Source: an uncultured Gammaproteobacteria bacterium (GTDB taxonomy: Bacteria > Pseudomonadota > Gammaproteobacteria > UBA9214). From it: a DNA stretch of 64,000 bases. The notes under the pieces were generated by a model, which was not told where the DNA came from, did no database searches, and was given only the letters and a program-made list of their open reading frames with translations. The stretch covers positions 93,830 to 157,829 of the forward strand of contig CAVYZN010000027.1 of NCBI GenBank assembly GCA_963773065.1, in the 5' to 3' direction. The position numbers and the translations under genes are program-made. Below, piece after piece: positions 1 to 10,905 of the stretch. Position 1 is the first letter of the stretch; each line of letters opens with the position of its first letter.

Positions 1-611
1 TCCATGGCGTCGCGGCTGATGGCGAAGCGATGGGCGATGATTTCCGCGGTCTGCCCCATCGACAGGCCCACGACCGGGTCGGTGAGGCCGCGCAGCAGGC
101 CGATGACCGGCCGCAGATGGGCCGGGCGCAATTGCGTCAAGACCTTGAGGCGCGCCCGCGGCGTGCGCGCGCCGTTCCATGCCGCGAGCCAGTTGACCAT
201 GGCCGCACTGAACAGGATCGGGGCATGGCTCATGGATTCGACGCCGCCGGCCAGCACCAGGCTGGAGCGGCCGCTGGCAATGTTGCCGGCGGCGGCATCG
301 AGCGCCTGCATGCCCGAGGCGCAATTGCGCTGCACCGTCCAGGCCGGCACGCGTTCCCCGCAGCCTAGGCGCAGCGAGACCACCCGGGCGATGTTGGCCT
401 CGTTGGCCGACGGCATGACGCAGCCGAGGATGACTTCGTCGAAATCGGCGGGAGGAAACGGCTGGCGGGCGAGCAAGGGGTTCCCGGCGGCGACCGCGAG
501 GTCGGCAGCCGCAAACGGGCCCGGTTTGCCGCGCGCCTTGAGAAAGGGCGTGCGACACCCGTCGACTATATAGACTGGCCGGCCTTGCCGGCCGCCTGCC
601 TGTTCTTCCAT
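1..611 (-). CDS. Acetyl-CoA C-acyltransferase (thiolase, FadI-like), runs off the left edge
   Basis: Minus-strand translation [26 protein letters not shown]...EANIAR...TVQRNCASGMQA...AGGVESMS contains the thiolase motifs; not listed in the ORF track because it is open-ended. Confidence 0.9.
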   Translation of the reverse strand, partial: MEEQAGGRQGRPVYIVDGCRTPFLKARGKPGPFAAADLAVAAGNPLLARQPFPPADFDEVILGCVMPSANEANIARVVSLRLGCGERVPAWTVQRNCASGMQALDAAAGNIASGRSSLVLAGGVESMSHAPILFSAAMVNWLAAWNGARTPRARLKVLTQLRPAHLRPVIGLLRGLTDPVVGLSMGQTAEIIAHRFAISRDAM

Positions 612-3046
612 GCTGCATGCTCCTTGGTTAGGTGTTCAGGGAGAAATTCGTCGACCTGGATGACCATCCTGCGCGCCGCGACAGCCGCGCGGATAGCCGC
701 CGCTTCCGGTTCGCCGATCACGCCCGCCGCAACGCCGCCGTCGACGCCATCTTCCGGATCGCCACGGGGCAGGGCGCCGTCCTGCATGGCCTTACGCAGC
801 TTGCGCAGCGCCGCTTCGGCCGCCGTGCTTTTCTCAAGGGCGTCTTCAAGCTGGGCAAGCGGGGCGTTCGCGTCACCGGAATATACACGCCTTCCGTCAG
901 GCGGTCGCGCGCCGCGCCCGGCGCGAGGATGAGCTCGGCTACCCGCTGACCGAGTCGATCCCGCGGGCGCTTGCCGGGTTTGCCGAGCGGGAATGTCAGA
1001 CAGCGCGTCAACGCGGCGACGAAACGGTTGGGCAGGTTGTCGAGCACCTCGTGCAGGCGTTCCTGGATGTTGAACAGCAGGTCGGTCGCAGGCCCATTCC
1101 AGCAGCGGCAGCTCGTCCTCCGGCGCGCCGTGATCGTAATGGTGCTTGAGTACGGCGCTGCCGAGATACAGCAGGCTCAGCACGTCGCCCAGCCGGCCGG
1201 AGAGGGATTCCTTGCGCTTGAGTGTACCGCCCAGCGACAGCAGCGCCATCTCGGTGGTGACGGCAAAGGCGAGGCACATGCGCCCGAAACGGCGGTAGTA
1301 ATGAGCCGCGCACGCCGGTCTCCGGCGCGGCCAGCAGGCGGCCGCCGGTGAGTCCATGAAAGAGGCTGCGCACGGTGATGCTCAGGATATGGCTGGCATG
1401 ACCGAGCAGGGCCGCATCAAACGCCGCCACGTCGTTCTGCGATCGGCGGCTTCCATCTCCCGGAAGAGGTAAGGGATGGCAGCGGATCGCCCCCTGGCCG
1501 AAGATGATCAGGTTGCGGGTAAGGATGTTGGCGCCTTCCACGGTGATGCCGATCGGCAGGGCCTCGTAGCCGCGCGCCACGAAGTTTCTCGGTCCCATGC
1601 TGATGCCGCAGCCGCCCAGGATGTCCATGGCGTCGTTCACCACCAGGCGCATGCGTTCGGTCAGGTGATACTTGACGATCGCCGAGGCGACCGAGGGATC
1701 CTCGCCGCGTCGAGGGCGGCGGCGGTGAAGCCGCGCGCGGCGTTCATGACGTAGGTAGTGCCCGCGATGCGCGCCAGCACCTCGCTGATGCCCTCGAACC
1801 TGCCGATGGGCTGCTTGAACTGTTTCCTGACGGCGGCATAGGCGCCGATCGCGCGGCTCATCTTCTTGCCCGACGCGGTGCTCAAGCGCCGGCAGGGAAA
1901 TGGCGCGCCCGTCGGAGAGGCAGTTCATCAGCATGCGCCACCCCTTGCCGACGCAGGCTTCGCCGCCGATGACCCAGTCCATCGGGATGAAGACATCCGT
2001 GCCGCGGTTCGGACCGTTCATGAAGGACCTGGTTCATCGGGAAGTGGCGCGTGCCGATTTCGATGCCCGGTGTGTGCGTCGGGATCAGCGCCAGCGTGAT
2101 GCCGATGTCCTGCGTGTCGCCGAGCAGGTGATCCGGATCGTAGAGGTGGAAGGCGAGGCCCAGCAGCGTCGCCACCGGCCCGAGCGTGATGTAGCGCTTC
2201 TCCCAGTTCAGGCGGATACCCAGCACATCGGCCTTGCCTCCGTAGCTCTGGCGGCAGACGATGCCCTTGTCCGGCATGGCCGCGGCATCGCTGCCGGCTT
2301 CCGGTCCGGTGAGGGCAAAACAGGGGATCTCCGTCGCCGCGCGCCAGGCGCGGCAGGTAATAGTCTTTCTGGGCGTCGGTGCCGTAGGAGAGCAGCAGCT
2401 TCGCCGGACCGAGCGAGTTCGGCACCATCACGGTCACCCCGGCGGAAATGCTGACGCTGGCGATCTTCATGACGACCAGGGAATGCGCGTTCGCGGAAAA
2501 TTCCAGGCCGCCGTATTGCCTGGGAATGATCATGCCGAAGAACCCCTGCCGTTTCATGTAGTCCCAGGTCTGCGGCGTCAGGTCGCGCCGTTCTTCCGTG
2601 ATCTCCCAGTCATCGATCATGCCGCAGAGTTCCTCGACCGGCCCGTCGAGAAAGGCCTGTTCCGCCGCGGGGAGTTGCGGGGCAGGGAAGCCGCGCAGAC
2701 GCTGCCAGTCCGGCCGGCCGCTGAACAGTTCCGCTTCCCACCACACCGTGCCGGCCTCGAGCGCCGCGCGTTCGGTGTCCGACATGGCCGGGCATGATCC
2801 TGCCGGTATACGGCGAGCAGGGGTTTCATGGTCAAACGCCGGCGCAGGGGGTCAGGTCAGCAGCGCGGCGAGCAGCACGAACAGCATCCCGGCGGCCAGC
2901 ATCGCCGCGGCCGGCGGGTCATGGAAGACACCCCAGTAGGCGAGGCCGGCGCCGAGCAGGGCCGTCCAGAGATAACGCGATGCCTGCCGCGCCATCAGCA
3001 GGCCGATGGCGGTGATGACAAACAGCAGTTCAATGATCCAGTTCAT
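566..3046 (-). CDS. fadE: Acyl-CoA dehydrogenase FadE, several frameshifts (probably sequencing indels)
   Basis: Consecutive minus ORF fragments: N-terminal [62 protein letters not shown]-terminal IQVDEF. Confidence 0.9.
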
Positions 3047-3679
3047 GGCGGCCGTCCTGTGTGCGGAGATCAGTTCATGCCGCGCCAGTTCCCGCAGCGG
3101 TCTACCTGCAACTGGCTGTGAATAACGCGATAACCCAACTTCAATGTATCGACACGATTCCGGCTATTTGAATTTTAAAACAGGAATAAGGCCGGTGGGT
3201 TGCGCGGGGGTGACCGGTCTCACGGTATCCGGCAATACCCCTTTACCCTGTCCGGGTAATGATACGGTTGGGTGGCAATGCCGTGTATGCCGTGTAACCG
3301 GCCGGTGATTTCCGGCAGACAGGCTTGCGCAGATAATCGCCGATTCGTCAGCCGTGGCAGGCGGCGTGCCCCGGATCATATCCATCGGAACTGTCTGCCG
3401 CCCGTCGGGTAATCTGCCGCCGCGGTCCGTGACTACGGGGCGCTTTTGCCGGCGTGTCACCGGGCTGGCTATAGGTTCATTCAGGGTATTTATAAAATAT
3501 ATAAATAACAATAGCAAATACAACTAATTTAAATAATTCGGCACAATGGGATTGTGCCCGCGATGGACGCTGGTTCAGGTGCTCAGGATAAAGCGATGAC
3601 GGCTCACGCGGCCGCAAGATACGCGAGGATGAATAGTTATTGGTATAGTAGCGGGCAATCGCGACGTGGCCATACGATC

Positions 3680-4399
3680 ATGAAGCGCACCCAACTGACA
3701 GAGCTGGACATCGCCGGGGCCGCGCCGCGCCTGCGTCAGTGCGTGCTGTTTTCCGACCTCGACGCCGGCCAGTTCGACGGTATCATCCGGCACACGTGCC
3801 GCGTGCTGCTGCAGGAAAACGAAGTTCTGTTCGAACAGCAGCAGCCGGCGCGGGAGATTTTTCTGCTGGAGAGCGGGCAGATCAAGCTCGCGCGAGTTTC
3901 CCCGGAAGGCCAGGAGAAGGTCATCGACCTCATTTCGCCGGGCGACTCATTCGCCGAGGCGGTCATGTTCTCCCGCGATCGCACCTATCCGGTAACGGCG
4001 ACGGCCATCGTCGCCAGCCGGGTGTGGTCCATCGATGCCGAGCACTACGCCGGCATCCTGCGCCAGTCGACGGACGCCTGTTTCGCCGTCATGGCGCAGA
4101 TGAGCCGGCGGCTGCACTGGCAGATCGCGGAACTCGACCGTCTGACCCTGCACAACGCCACCTTTCGCGTGGTGAGCTATCTGCTCGACCAGGTTCCCAG
4201 CACCCACCTGGTGACCTCGGAGATCCAGCTCGACACCCCCAAACATGTGATCGCCTCGCGCCTGTCCATCACACCGGAAACCCTGTCGCGCACCTTTGCC
4301 AAGCTGAGCCGTGAGGGCTACATCGACATCATGGACAACATGATCCGGCTCAACGACATCGAGCGCCTGCGCCATTACACCCAGCCCGGTTCGTCGTAG
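3680..4399 (+). CDS. dnr: Crp/Fnr family regulator, DNR/NNR-type (NO-responsive)
   Basis: cNMP-binding fold (GQEKVI...GDSFAEAVMF) and HTH IASRLSITPETLSR; lacks the FNR N-terminal Cys cluster; denitrification context. Confidence 0.8.
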   Translation: MKRTQLTELDIAGAAPRLRQCVLFSDLDAGQFDGIIRHTCRVLLQENEVLFEQQQPAREIFLLESGQIKLARVSPEGQEKVIDLISPGDSFAEAVMFSRDRTYPVTATAIVASRVWSIDAEHYAGILRQSTDACFAVMAQMSRRLHWQIAELDRLTLHNATFRVVSYLLDQVPSTHLVTSEIQLDTPKHVIASRLSITPETLSRTFAKLSREGYIDIMDNMIRLNDIERLRHYTQPGSS

Positions 4400-4557
4400 A
4401 TCAGCGAGTCGGCATGGCCTTACCGTGCGCCATGGTTCAATGGTCCCTGTGCAGTTTCGGCCGAAACAGGGGCTACACGTGATCGAAGCGTGTGGTTTGC
4501 GGACAATCCTGCACGCCACTATGATTCATCACGGCGATTAGCGTAAGCTCGCCGCAC

Positions 4558-4740
4558 ATGGAGATGATCTATTTCACGCTGGCGGCCGTTGTCCTCTACG
4601 TGGGCACCGACTGGATTCTCGACCGCATCGAAATCGCGGCCGGACGGAGGCTGGAATACCGTAATCTCGTGTTCTTCGTCATCATGTTGACCATGGCAAT
4701 CACATCTTTTGCGCTGATTCGCCACTTCGGCAGCCAGTAA
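4558..4740 (+). CDS. Small two-TM hypothetical protein
   Basis: 60 aa ORF with two hydrophobic helices between dnr and the NO reductase operon. Confidence 0.65.
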   Translation: MEMIYFTLAAVVLYVGTDWILDRIEIAAGRRLEYRNLVFFVIMLTMAITSFALIRHFGSQ

Positions 4741-4817
4741 GCATCACGGTGGCATCACCCCAGTCATCGACTTCTTGTCCCATCAGGCAAACCACGTGAT
4801 GCCGTGACTGGCGATCC

Positions 4818-4831
4818 TTGACTTAAATCAA
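4818..4831. promoter_or_regulatory. FNR/DNR box
   Basis: TTGACTTAAATCAA, one mismatch to TTGAT-N4-ATCAA, upstream of the heme-copper operon. Confidence 0.8.
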
Positions 4832-4978
4832 GGCGTACTTTTTCGAATAACTGTTTTATACGCTACTCAAATTAAGTTAGCATCAGGTGCCCTGAATAAC
4901 CGCCATGGGCATATTACAACACGCCGGCACGCGACCCAGGGCGTGAAAAATGAACAGCTAACGAAGAGGGAGTTAGGA

Positions 4979-5152
4979 ATGAGCAAATCTAATCAGCCTG
5001 ATAACGTGGAAACGGAAGAGGAACGCATCCCCACGATGCAGAAACTCCTGGATAATCCGTTTCTGCTGCTGTTCCTCGGCGTAGCCATGCCCACGGTCCT
5101 GTATCTGATCTGGGGTGTGATGGAAATCGTCACCATTCCGATAGCCAAATAA
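4979..5152 (+). CDS. Small single-TM subunit of the heme-copper enzyme (IIa-like)
   Basis: MQKLLDNPFLLLFLG...WGVMEI single TM immediately before subunit II. Confidence 0.65.
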   Translation: MSKSNQPDNVETEEERIPTMQKLLDNPFLLLFLGVAMPTVLYLIWGVMEIVTIPIAK

Positions 5153-5170
5153 CCAAGGGGGCACGACACT

Positions 5171-5719
5171 ATGGCAATTCATCCTCCACCCGAGCGCAAC
5201 TGGTGGAAAGAACCGATTGCGCGCACCGAACTCATCTGGATCGTCATCGCCTTTTGCTGGGGGCTGTTGATGTTCTCCGCCATGGTCTACTGGCACATCG
5301 CCGGTAAGCAGAATCTCTCCAACGAGGCCTATCGCACCACGCCCGAGGCATTCGCGGCAAAAGCCAACGAGATGGTGGAGAAGTACCAGGTGCGCGAGGA
5401 GGCGGGGATGCCCGTCGTTCATCCGCCACCCGGCAGCGACGTCTACATGATCGCGCGGCTATGGCAGTGGTGGCCCATACTGGAGTTCGAGAAAGACCAG
5501 ACCTACCGCCTGCATCTTTCCTCCATGGACTGGATGCACGGGTTTTCCCTGCAACCGGTCAACATCAATCTGGAGATCCACCCGAATTACGATGTGATCG
5601 TGACGATGACGCCGAATCAGGCGGGCGAATTCGGCGTGATATGCAACGAATTCTGCGGCATCGGCCATCAGAACATGATCGGCAAGATCTACGTGGCTGA
5701 AAAAGTGGCCGAGCAATAG
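5171..5719 (+). CDS. Heme-copper oxidoreductase subunit II (CuA, B-family type)
   Basis: One TM plus cupredoxin with HGF...CNEFCGIGHQNM CuA motif. Confidence 0.9.
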   Translation: MAIHPPPERNWWKEPIARTELIWIVIAFCWGLLMFSAMVYWHIAGKQNLSNEAYRTTPEAFAAKANEMVEKYQVREEAGMPVVHPPPGSDVYMIARLWQWWPILEFEKDQTYRLHLSSMDWMHGFSLQPVNINLEIHPNYDVIVTMTPNQAGEFGVICNEFCGIGHQNMIGKIYVAEKVAEQ

Positions 5720-5724
5720 GGGGA

Positions 5725-7410
5725 ATGAGCAAGATGGCAAACTTCAAACATCGCGTCTGCCCGGCCACCGGGCTGCGCATCCACAGCGCCGCCGAGAACC
5801 TGATCAAGGCCAATGCCGTAACGGCGGTCATTTTTCTCGCCGTCGGCGGCTTTTTCGGTCTGCTGGTCGCGCTGACCCGCTGGCCGGCCGTGCATCTGTT
5901 GCCGGCGGACTGGTTCTACCTGGTGCTCACCGGCCATGGCCTGAATGTATTGCTGGTATGGATCATCTTTTTCGAAATCGCCGTGCTGTATTTTGCTTCC
6001 GCGATCCTGCTGAATTCACGCCTTGCCGCGCCACGCTGGGCCTGGAGCGGATTCGCGCTGATGCTGGTCGGCGCCGTGACGGTCAACGTCGCCGTACTGC
6101 AGGGCAACTCCAGCGTCATGTTCACCTCGTACGTGCCCATGCAGGCGGCGCCCCATTTTTACCTGGGGTTGATCCTGTTCGCCGTGGGCGCCCTGATCGG
6201 CTGTTTCGTGTTCTTCGGCACGCTGGTGATCGCCAAGGAGGAGAAGACCTACGAGGGGTCGGTTCCGTTGGTGACCTTCGGCGCGATCACGGCCGCGATC
6301 ATCGCGGTCTTCACCATCGCCTCGGGCGCGATCATCCTGATCCCGACCTATCTCTGGTCGCTCGGATACATCAGCAATATCGATACCCTGATGTACAGGA
6401 CCGTCTGGTGGGCCATGGGTCATTCCTCCCAGCAGATCAACGTCTCGGCGCACGTCTCCATCTGGTACCTGATCGCCGCCGTCGTGCTCGGCGCCAAACC
6501 CTTATCGGAGAAGGTCAGCCGCACGGCGTTTCTCATGTACATCCTGTTCCTGCAGCTTGCCAGCGCCCACCACCTGCTGGTGGATCCGGGCATCAGCTCC
6601 GAGTGGAAGATCTTCAACACCAGTTATGCCATGTACCTGGCGGTGCTGGGCAGCATGGTCCACGGCATGACGGTGCCGGGCTCGATCGAGGCGGCCCAGC
6701 GCGCGCGCGGCTATACCAACGGCCTGTTCGAGTGGTTGCGCAAGGCGCCGTGGGGCAACCCGGCTTTTTCCGGCATGTTCATGTCGCTGGTCATGTTCGG
6801 CTTTCTCGGCGGCATCTCCGGCGTCGTCATGGGCACCGAGCAGATCAACCTGATCATCCACAACACCCTGTATGTGCCCGGTCATTTCCACGCCACCGTG
6901 GTTGCCGGCACCACGCTGGCCTTCATGTCCGCCACTTACCTGCTGGTGCCGTTGATATTCCAGCGTGAACTGGTCATGAAGAAACTGGCCCGGGTGCAGC
7001 CCTACCTGTTCGGCCTCGGGGTCATGGGTATCTCGGTGTTCATGATGGGGGCGGGTACGCTCGGTGTACCGCGTCGCAACTGGGACATTACCAATGCGGA
7101 TGCGGTACTGCACTACGATTATCCGGGCGCGGCCTACCTGATGATGGGCCTGAACGGCATGTCCGCCATCCTGGCGGCCATCGGCGGCTTTGCCTTCATT
7201 GCCATCGTCGTCGGCTCGCTGTTGTTCGGCAAACGCACCGGGGACAAACCGCTCGAAGGACTCACCATGACCACGGCCACCCAATATGGCAGCGCCGATA
7301 CAATCAAGATACCGGGGACGGTCGTACTGGTCGGGGTGTTCTTCACGGCCTTCGTGCTCTACTACTTCGTCAACTGGAAGTATCTGGCCGAAGTCTGGCC
7401 GCTGCGCTAG
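5725..7410 (+). CDS. Heme-copper oxidoreductase subunit I, eNOR-type nitric oxide reductase
   Basis: His ligands present (TGHG, GHSSQQ, SAHH, GHFH); the H-x3-Y cross-link Tyr is replaced by Gln (HSSQQ); DNR box and nir cluster nearby. Confidence 0.8.
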   Translation: MSKMANFKHRVCPATGLRIHSAAENLIKANAVTAVIFLAVGGFFGLLVALTRWPAVHLLPADWFYLVLTGHGLNVLLVWIIFFEIAVLYFASAILLNSRLAAPRWAWSGFALMLVGAVTVNVAVLQGNSSVMFTSYVPMQAAPHFYLGLILFAVGALIGCFVFFGTLVIAKEEKTYEGSVPLVTFGAITAAIIAVFTIASGAIILIPTYLWSLGYISNIDTLMYRTVWWAMGHSSQQINVSAHVSIWYLIAAVVLGAKPLSEKVSRTAFLMYILFLQLASAHHLLVDPGISSEWKIFNTSYAMYLAVLGSMVHGMTVPGSIEAAQRARGYTNGLFEWLRKAPWGNPAFSGMFMSLVMFGFLGGISGVVMGTEQINLIIHNTLYVPGHFHATVVAGTTLAFMSATYLLVPLIFQRELVMKKLARVQPYLFGLGVMGISVFMMGAGTLGVPRRNWDITNADAVLHYDYPGAAYLMMGLNGMSAILAAIGGFAFIAIVVGSLLFGKRTGDKPLEGLTMTTATQYGSADTIKIPGTVVLVGVFFTAFVLYYFVNWKYLAEVWPLR

Positions 7411-7434
7411 CACGCTCATGAGGATGGCATCACG

Positions 7435-8299
7435 ATGAAGGAGACCCTGGCGCTCGTTTACTCGGTGTTCAAGATCCGCATCGGGACGGCCATCATGCTG
7501 ACCGCGCTCGCGGGTGTGGCGGTGGCCCCCGGACCGGCGCCGCAGGCGTGGAAGATCGCGGTACTGGCGCTGGCCGTCCTGCTGTCTTCGGCCAGCGCCG
7601 GCGCCTTCAACCAGTTCATGGAGCGCGATCTCGATGCGCGCATGAAGCGCACCCGCAACCGGCCTTTCGTAACCGGGCGGTTCACCGCCAACGGCTACTG
7701 GATGGCCGGAATCGTGCTGTTGCTGGTGTTTGCCGTGGCGGCGGCCGCGCTCGCGACCAACGCCATTGCCGCGATGTACGTCTTCCTCGGCGCATTTTTC
7801 TATGGGGTGGTCTACACCGTCTGGCTGAAACGCCGCACCTGGATGAATATCATCATCGGCGGTCTGGCCGGCAGTTTCGCCGTGCTTGCCGGCGCGGCCG
7901 CCGTCGATCCCGGACTGGCGCCCGCCCCGGTGATACTGGCTGTCGTGCTGTTCCTGTGGACTCCGCCGCATTTCTGGAGCCTGGCCTTCAAATACAAGGA
8001 CGAATACGCGGCGGCCGGCGTGCCCATGCTGCCGGTGGTGCTACACGATGCGACGGCGGCACGCATCATTCTTGCGCATACCCTGTTGCTGGTCGGCCTG
8101 TCACTGCTACCGGCACTGTACGGCTTGGGTTGGATCTATCTGCTGGGCGCCGCCACGGGCGGCGGCTGGTTCGTGTGGACCAGCATCCGCCTTGCCCGCA
8201 ATCCCTCACCGGCGGCGGCCATGACGCAATTTCCACGCTTCGCTGTTGCAACTGAGTCTGCTGCTTTGCGCCGCCATTCTGGATGCGTGGTTGACCTGA
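7435..8299 (+). CDS. ctaB: Protoheme IX farnesyltransferase (heme o synthase), frameshift near C-terminus
   Basis: NQFMERDLDARMKRTRNRP, YTVWLKRRT and WTPPHFWSL motifs. Confidence 0.9.
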
Positions 8300-8343
8300 G
8301 GAAGCCGTATTTTTTAGGTAGTGTTCATCCATAAACACCGTTT

Positions 8344-8427
8344 TCACCGCAAAGACGCAAAGTTCGCGAAGAAACTTATTAACAAAAACAATTAAACGGC
8401 TTTGCGTTCTTTGCGCCTTTGCGGTGA
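8344..8427. repeat. Intergenic inverted repeat, MITE/REP-like (related copy at 34608-34711)
   Basis: TCACCGCAAAGACGCAAAG...CTTTGCGCCTTTGCGGTGA arms; both copies preceded by CCATAAACACC. Confidence 0.6.
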
Positions 8428-8453
8428 GAAAAATCGTGACAGGAAACCCGTAG

Positions 8454-9312
8454 ATGCAACCGTTCCGCCTTTTGATTCTTGTCGGCCTGCTCATCGCGGG
8501 CACGGCCGGCCACGCCGCGGATCACCGACCATGGCCGGCGCCGGGCACGGGGCGGGCGCCGCGCACAGACACAGGCCGGTCCGGCCTATGACGAAGCCGC
8601 CGCCCTTGCCAGAAGCCAGGCGGCCATGGGCCGGCTGGTCGGCGACTATGAGTTCCTGGACGGCGAGGGACGGCGCGTCGCGCTGGGCGCCTTGCGCGGC
8701 AAGCCGGTGCTGATCAGCCTGGTCTACACCAGTTGTTATCACATCTGCCCGACGGTAACGACCAATCTGGCCCGTCTGATCAGAATCGCGCAAGGTGCCC
8801 TGGGTAATGACAGCTTTTCGGTTCTGACCATCGGTTTCGATACCCCGGTCGATACGCCGGATCGCATGCGTGAGTTCGGCAAACAGGTGGGGGTCATCAA
8901 CAACTGGCATTTCGTCAGCGCCAGCGCCGAGACCATGAAGCGCCTGTCCGATGATGTGGGTTTCATCTATTTCAAATCACCGAAAGGATTCGATCATCTT
9001 ATCCAGGCCACGATGCTCGATGCGGACGGCAAGGTGTACCGCCAGATTTACGGGATGGCCCCGGACCCGCCCGCCCTGGTGGAGCCGCTCAAGGAGCTGC
9101 TGTACGGCAAACCGGTGGCCGCCTCGCCCCTGAAAAGCCTGATGAACAATATCCGCCTGTTCTGCACCGTCTATGACCCGACGACCGGCCGGTATCATTT
9201 CGACTACTCGCTCTTCGTCAGCATCGCCATCGGCTTTCTGACGCTTGGAGCAACCGCCGTGTTCATCGTCCATGCCTGGCGCAGACCCCCGCCGCCGGGA
9301 CCCGCGGTTTAA
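8454..9312 (+). CDS. SCO family copper chaperone (frameshift in signal region)
   Basis: YTSCYHICP CxxxC motif, conserved His (FDHL), C-terminal TM. Confidence 0.85.
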
Positions 9313-9333
9313 ATCCAGGGAAGTCCCGGGCAC

Positions 9334-10905
9334 ATGACCGGTCCGCGCAGGGTTGCCAGAGCGGCTTTTGAAAGCGTCGAAAACGGCTTCGATCGCGCCT
9401 TTGGCCCCACCTGGAATCCCCTGCACCAGTTGGGCGCGCTCGGCTGGTTCTTCTACTGGATCACCATCGTCAGCGGCATCTACCTCTACATCTTTTTCGA
9501 CACCGGCATCAGCCAGGCCTACGAATCCCTGGAATACCTGACCCATGTGCAGTGGTATGCCGGCGGCGTCATGCGCAGCCTGCATCGCTATGCCTCCGAC
9601 GCCCTGATCATCGTCATGATGCTGCACCTGGTGCGCGAATACGTGATGGACCGCTATCGCGGCGCGCGCTGGTTTGCCTGGTTTACCGGCGTACCGCTGC
9701 TGTGGCTGGTCTTTGCCTGCGGCATCAGCGGCTACTGGATGGTATGGGACATACTCGCCCAGTACATCGCCATCGCCACCACGGAGTGGCTCGACACGCT
9801 CGGCATCTTCGGTGAATCCATCGCCCGCAATTTCCTCACTCCCGCGACCCTGAGCGGCCGGTTCTTCACGCTCATGGTGTTCATCCACATCGCCGTGCCC
9901 CTGGTCATGCTGCTGGTGATGTGGATCCATATCCTTCGCCAGCGCAACGCCAGGGTGAACCCGCCCGTCGGTCTGGCCGCCGGTACCCTGGCCATGCTGC
10001 TGGTGTTGTCTTTCATCAAACCGGCCCTCAGCCAGGCGCCGGCGGATCTCGGCGTCGTGCCTGCGGTGATCCATCTCGACTGGTTTTACCTGGCGGCCTA
10101 TCCCTTGCTCGACCGGGTCCCCGGGCGAGTGATGTGGGCGATCGCCTTGGGTGTAACCCTGTTGCTGTTGCTGGTGCCGTGGCTGCCGCCGCTGCGCCGC
10201 CGGAAGCCGGCCAGCGTCGATCTGGATAACTGCAATGGTTGCGGCCGCTGCGTCGAGGACTGTCCCTTCAGCGCCGTCGCGCTGCAGCCGCGCACGGACG
10301 GCGCCGGTTTTTCGCAGGAAGCCGTCGTGGCGAATGAGCTGTGCACCAGTTGCGGAATCTGCGTGGGCGCCTGCCCGACCTCCACGCCCTTCCGGCGCAC
10401 GACCGAGCTCATTCCCGGTATCGACCTGCCGGATCTGAGGATCCAGGCGATGCGCGACACGATGCTGGCGGCGGCATCCGGCCTTAGCGGAAAGGCACGC
10501 GTCCTCGTGTACGGCTGCGACCAGGGTCCCGATCTGAACGAACTCCGGGGCCCCGGAGTCGCGGTACTCCGGCTGCCGTGTATCGCCATGTTGCCGCCAT
10601 CCTTTTTCGATTTCATCATCACGCGCCATCACGTCGATGGCGTTTTCCTGACCGGCTGCGCCGAGGGAGACTGTCACTACCGTCTCGGCATTCAATGGAC
10701 GGAGCAGCGCCTGGCGGGGGAACGCGATCCCTATCTGCGCAAGCGTGTCCCGCGCGAACGCATCGGCGAGTTCTGGTCCGGACTCACCCATGGCAAACGA
10801 CTCAAGCGCGAACTCGCCGATTTCCAGGCGAGCCTCGGGTCGCTGCCGCCCGTCGCGCGGCGGGCGGTTGAACAAACGAGCGAGGGTGCCGTGCGCCATG
10901 ACTAG
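9334..10905 (+). CDS. Cytochrome b/b6-like + 2x[4Fe-4S] ferredoxin + MvhD/FlpD-like fusion
   Basis: RSLHRY...LHL and FIHI...WIH heme b ligands; CNGCGRCVEDCP and CTSCGICVGACP; C-terminal YGC...LPC...GCAEGDCHY. Confidence 0.8.
   Translation: MTGPRRVARAAFESVENGFDRAFGPTWNPLHQLGALGWFFYWITIVSGIYLYIFFDTGISQAYESLEYLTHVQWYAGGVMRSLHRYASDALIIVMMLHLVREYVMDRYRGARWFAWFTGVPLLWLVFACGISGYWMVWDILAQYIAIATTEWLDTLGIFGESIARNFLTPATLSGRFFTLMVFIHIAVPLVMLLVMWIHILRQRNARVNPPVGLAAGTLAMLLVLSFIKPALSQAPADLGVVPAVIHLDWFYLAAYPLLDRVPGRVMWAIALGVTLLLLLVPWLPPLRRRKPASVDLDNCNGCGRCVEDCPFSAVALQPRTDGAGFSQEAVVANELCTSCGICVGACPTSTPFRRTTELIPGIDLPDLRIQAMRDTMLAAASGLSGKARVLVYGCDQGPDLNELRGPGVAVLRLPCIAMLPPSFFDFIITRHHVDGVFLTGCAEGDCHYRLGIQWTEQRLAGERDPYLRKRVPRERIGEFWSGLTHGKRLKRELADFQASLGSLPPVARRAVEQTSEGAVRHD

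Noticed and set aside
3164-3523. ORF in the fadE-dnr intergenic region
   Set aside because: No motifs; it starts in an AT-rich divergent promoter region.
5725-7410. Ordinary ba3/cbb3 cytochrome c oxidase
   Set aside because: The active-site Tyr is replaced by Gln and the context is DNR-regulated denitrification.
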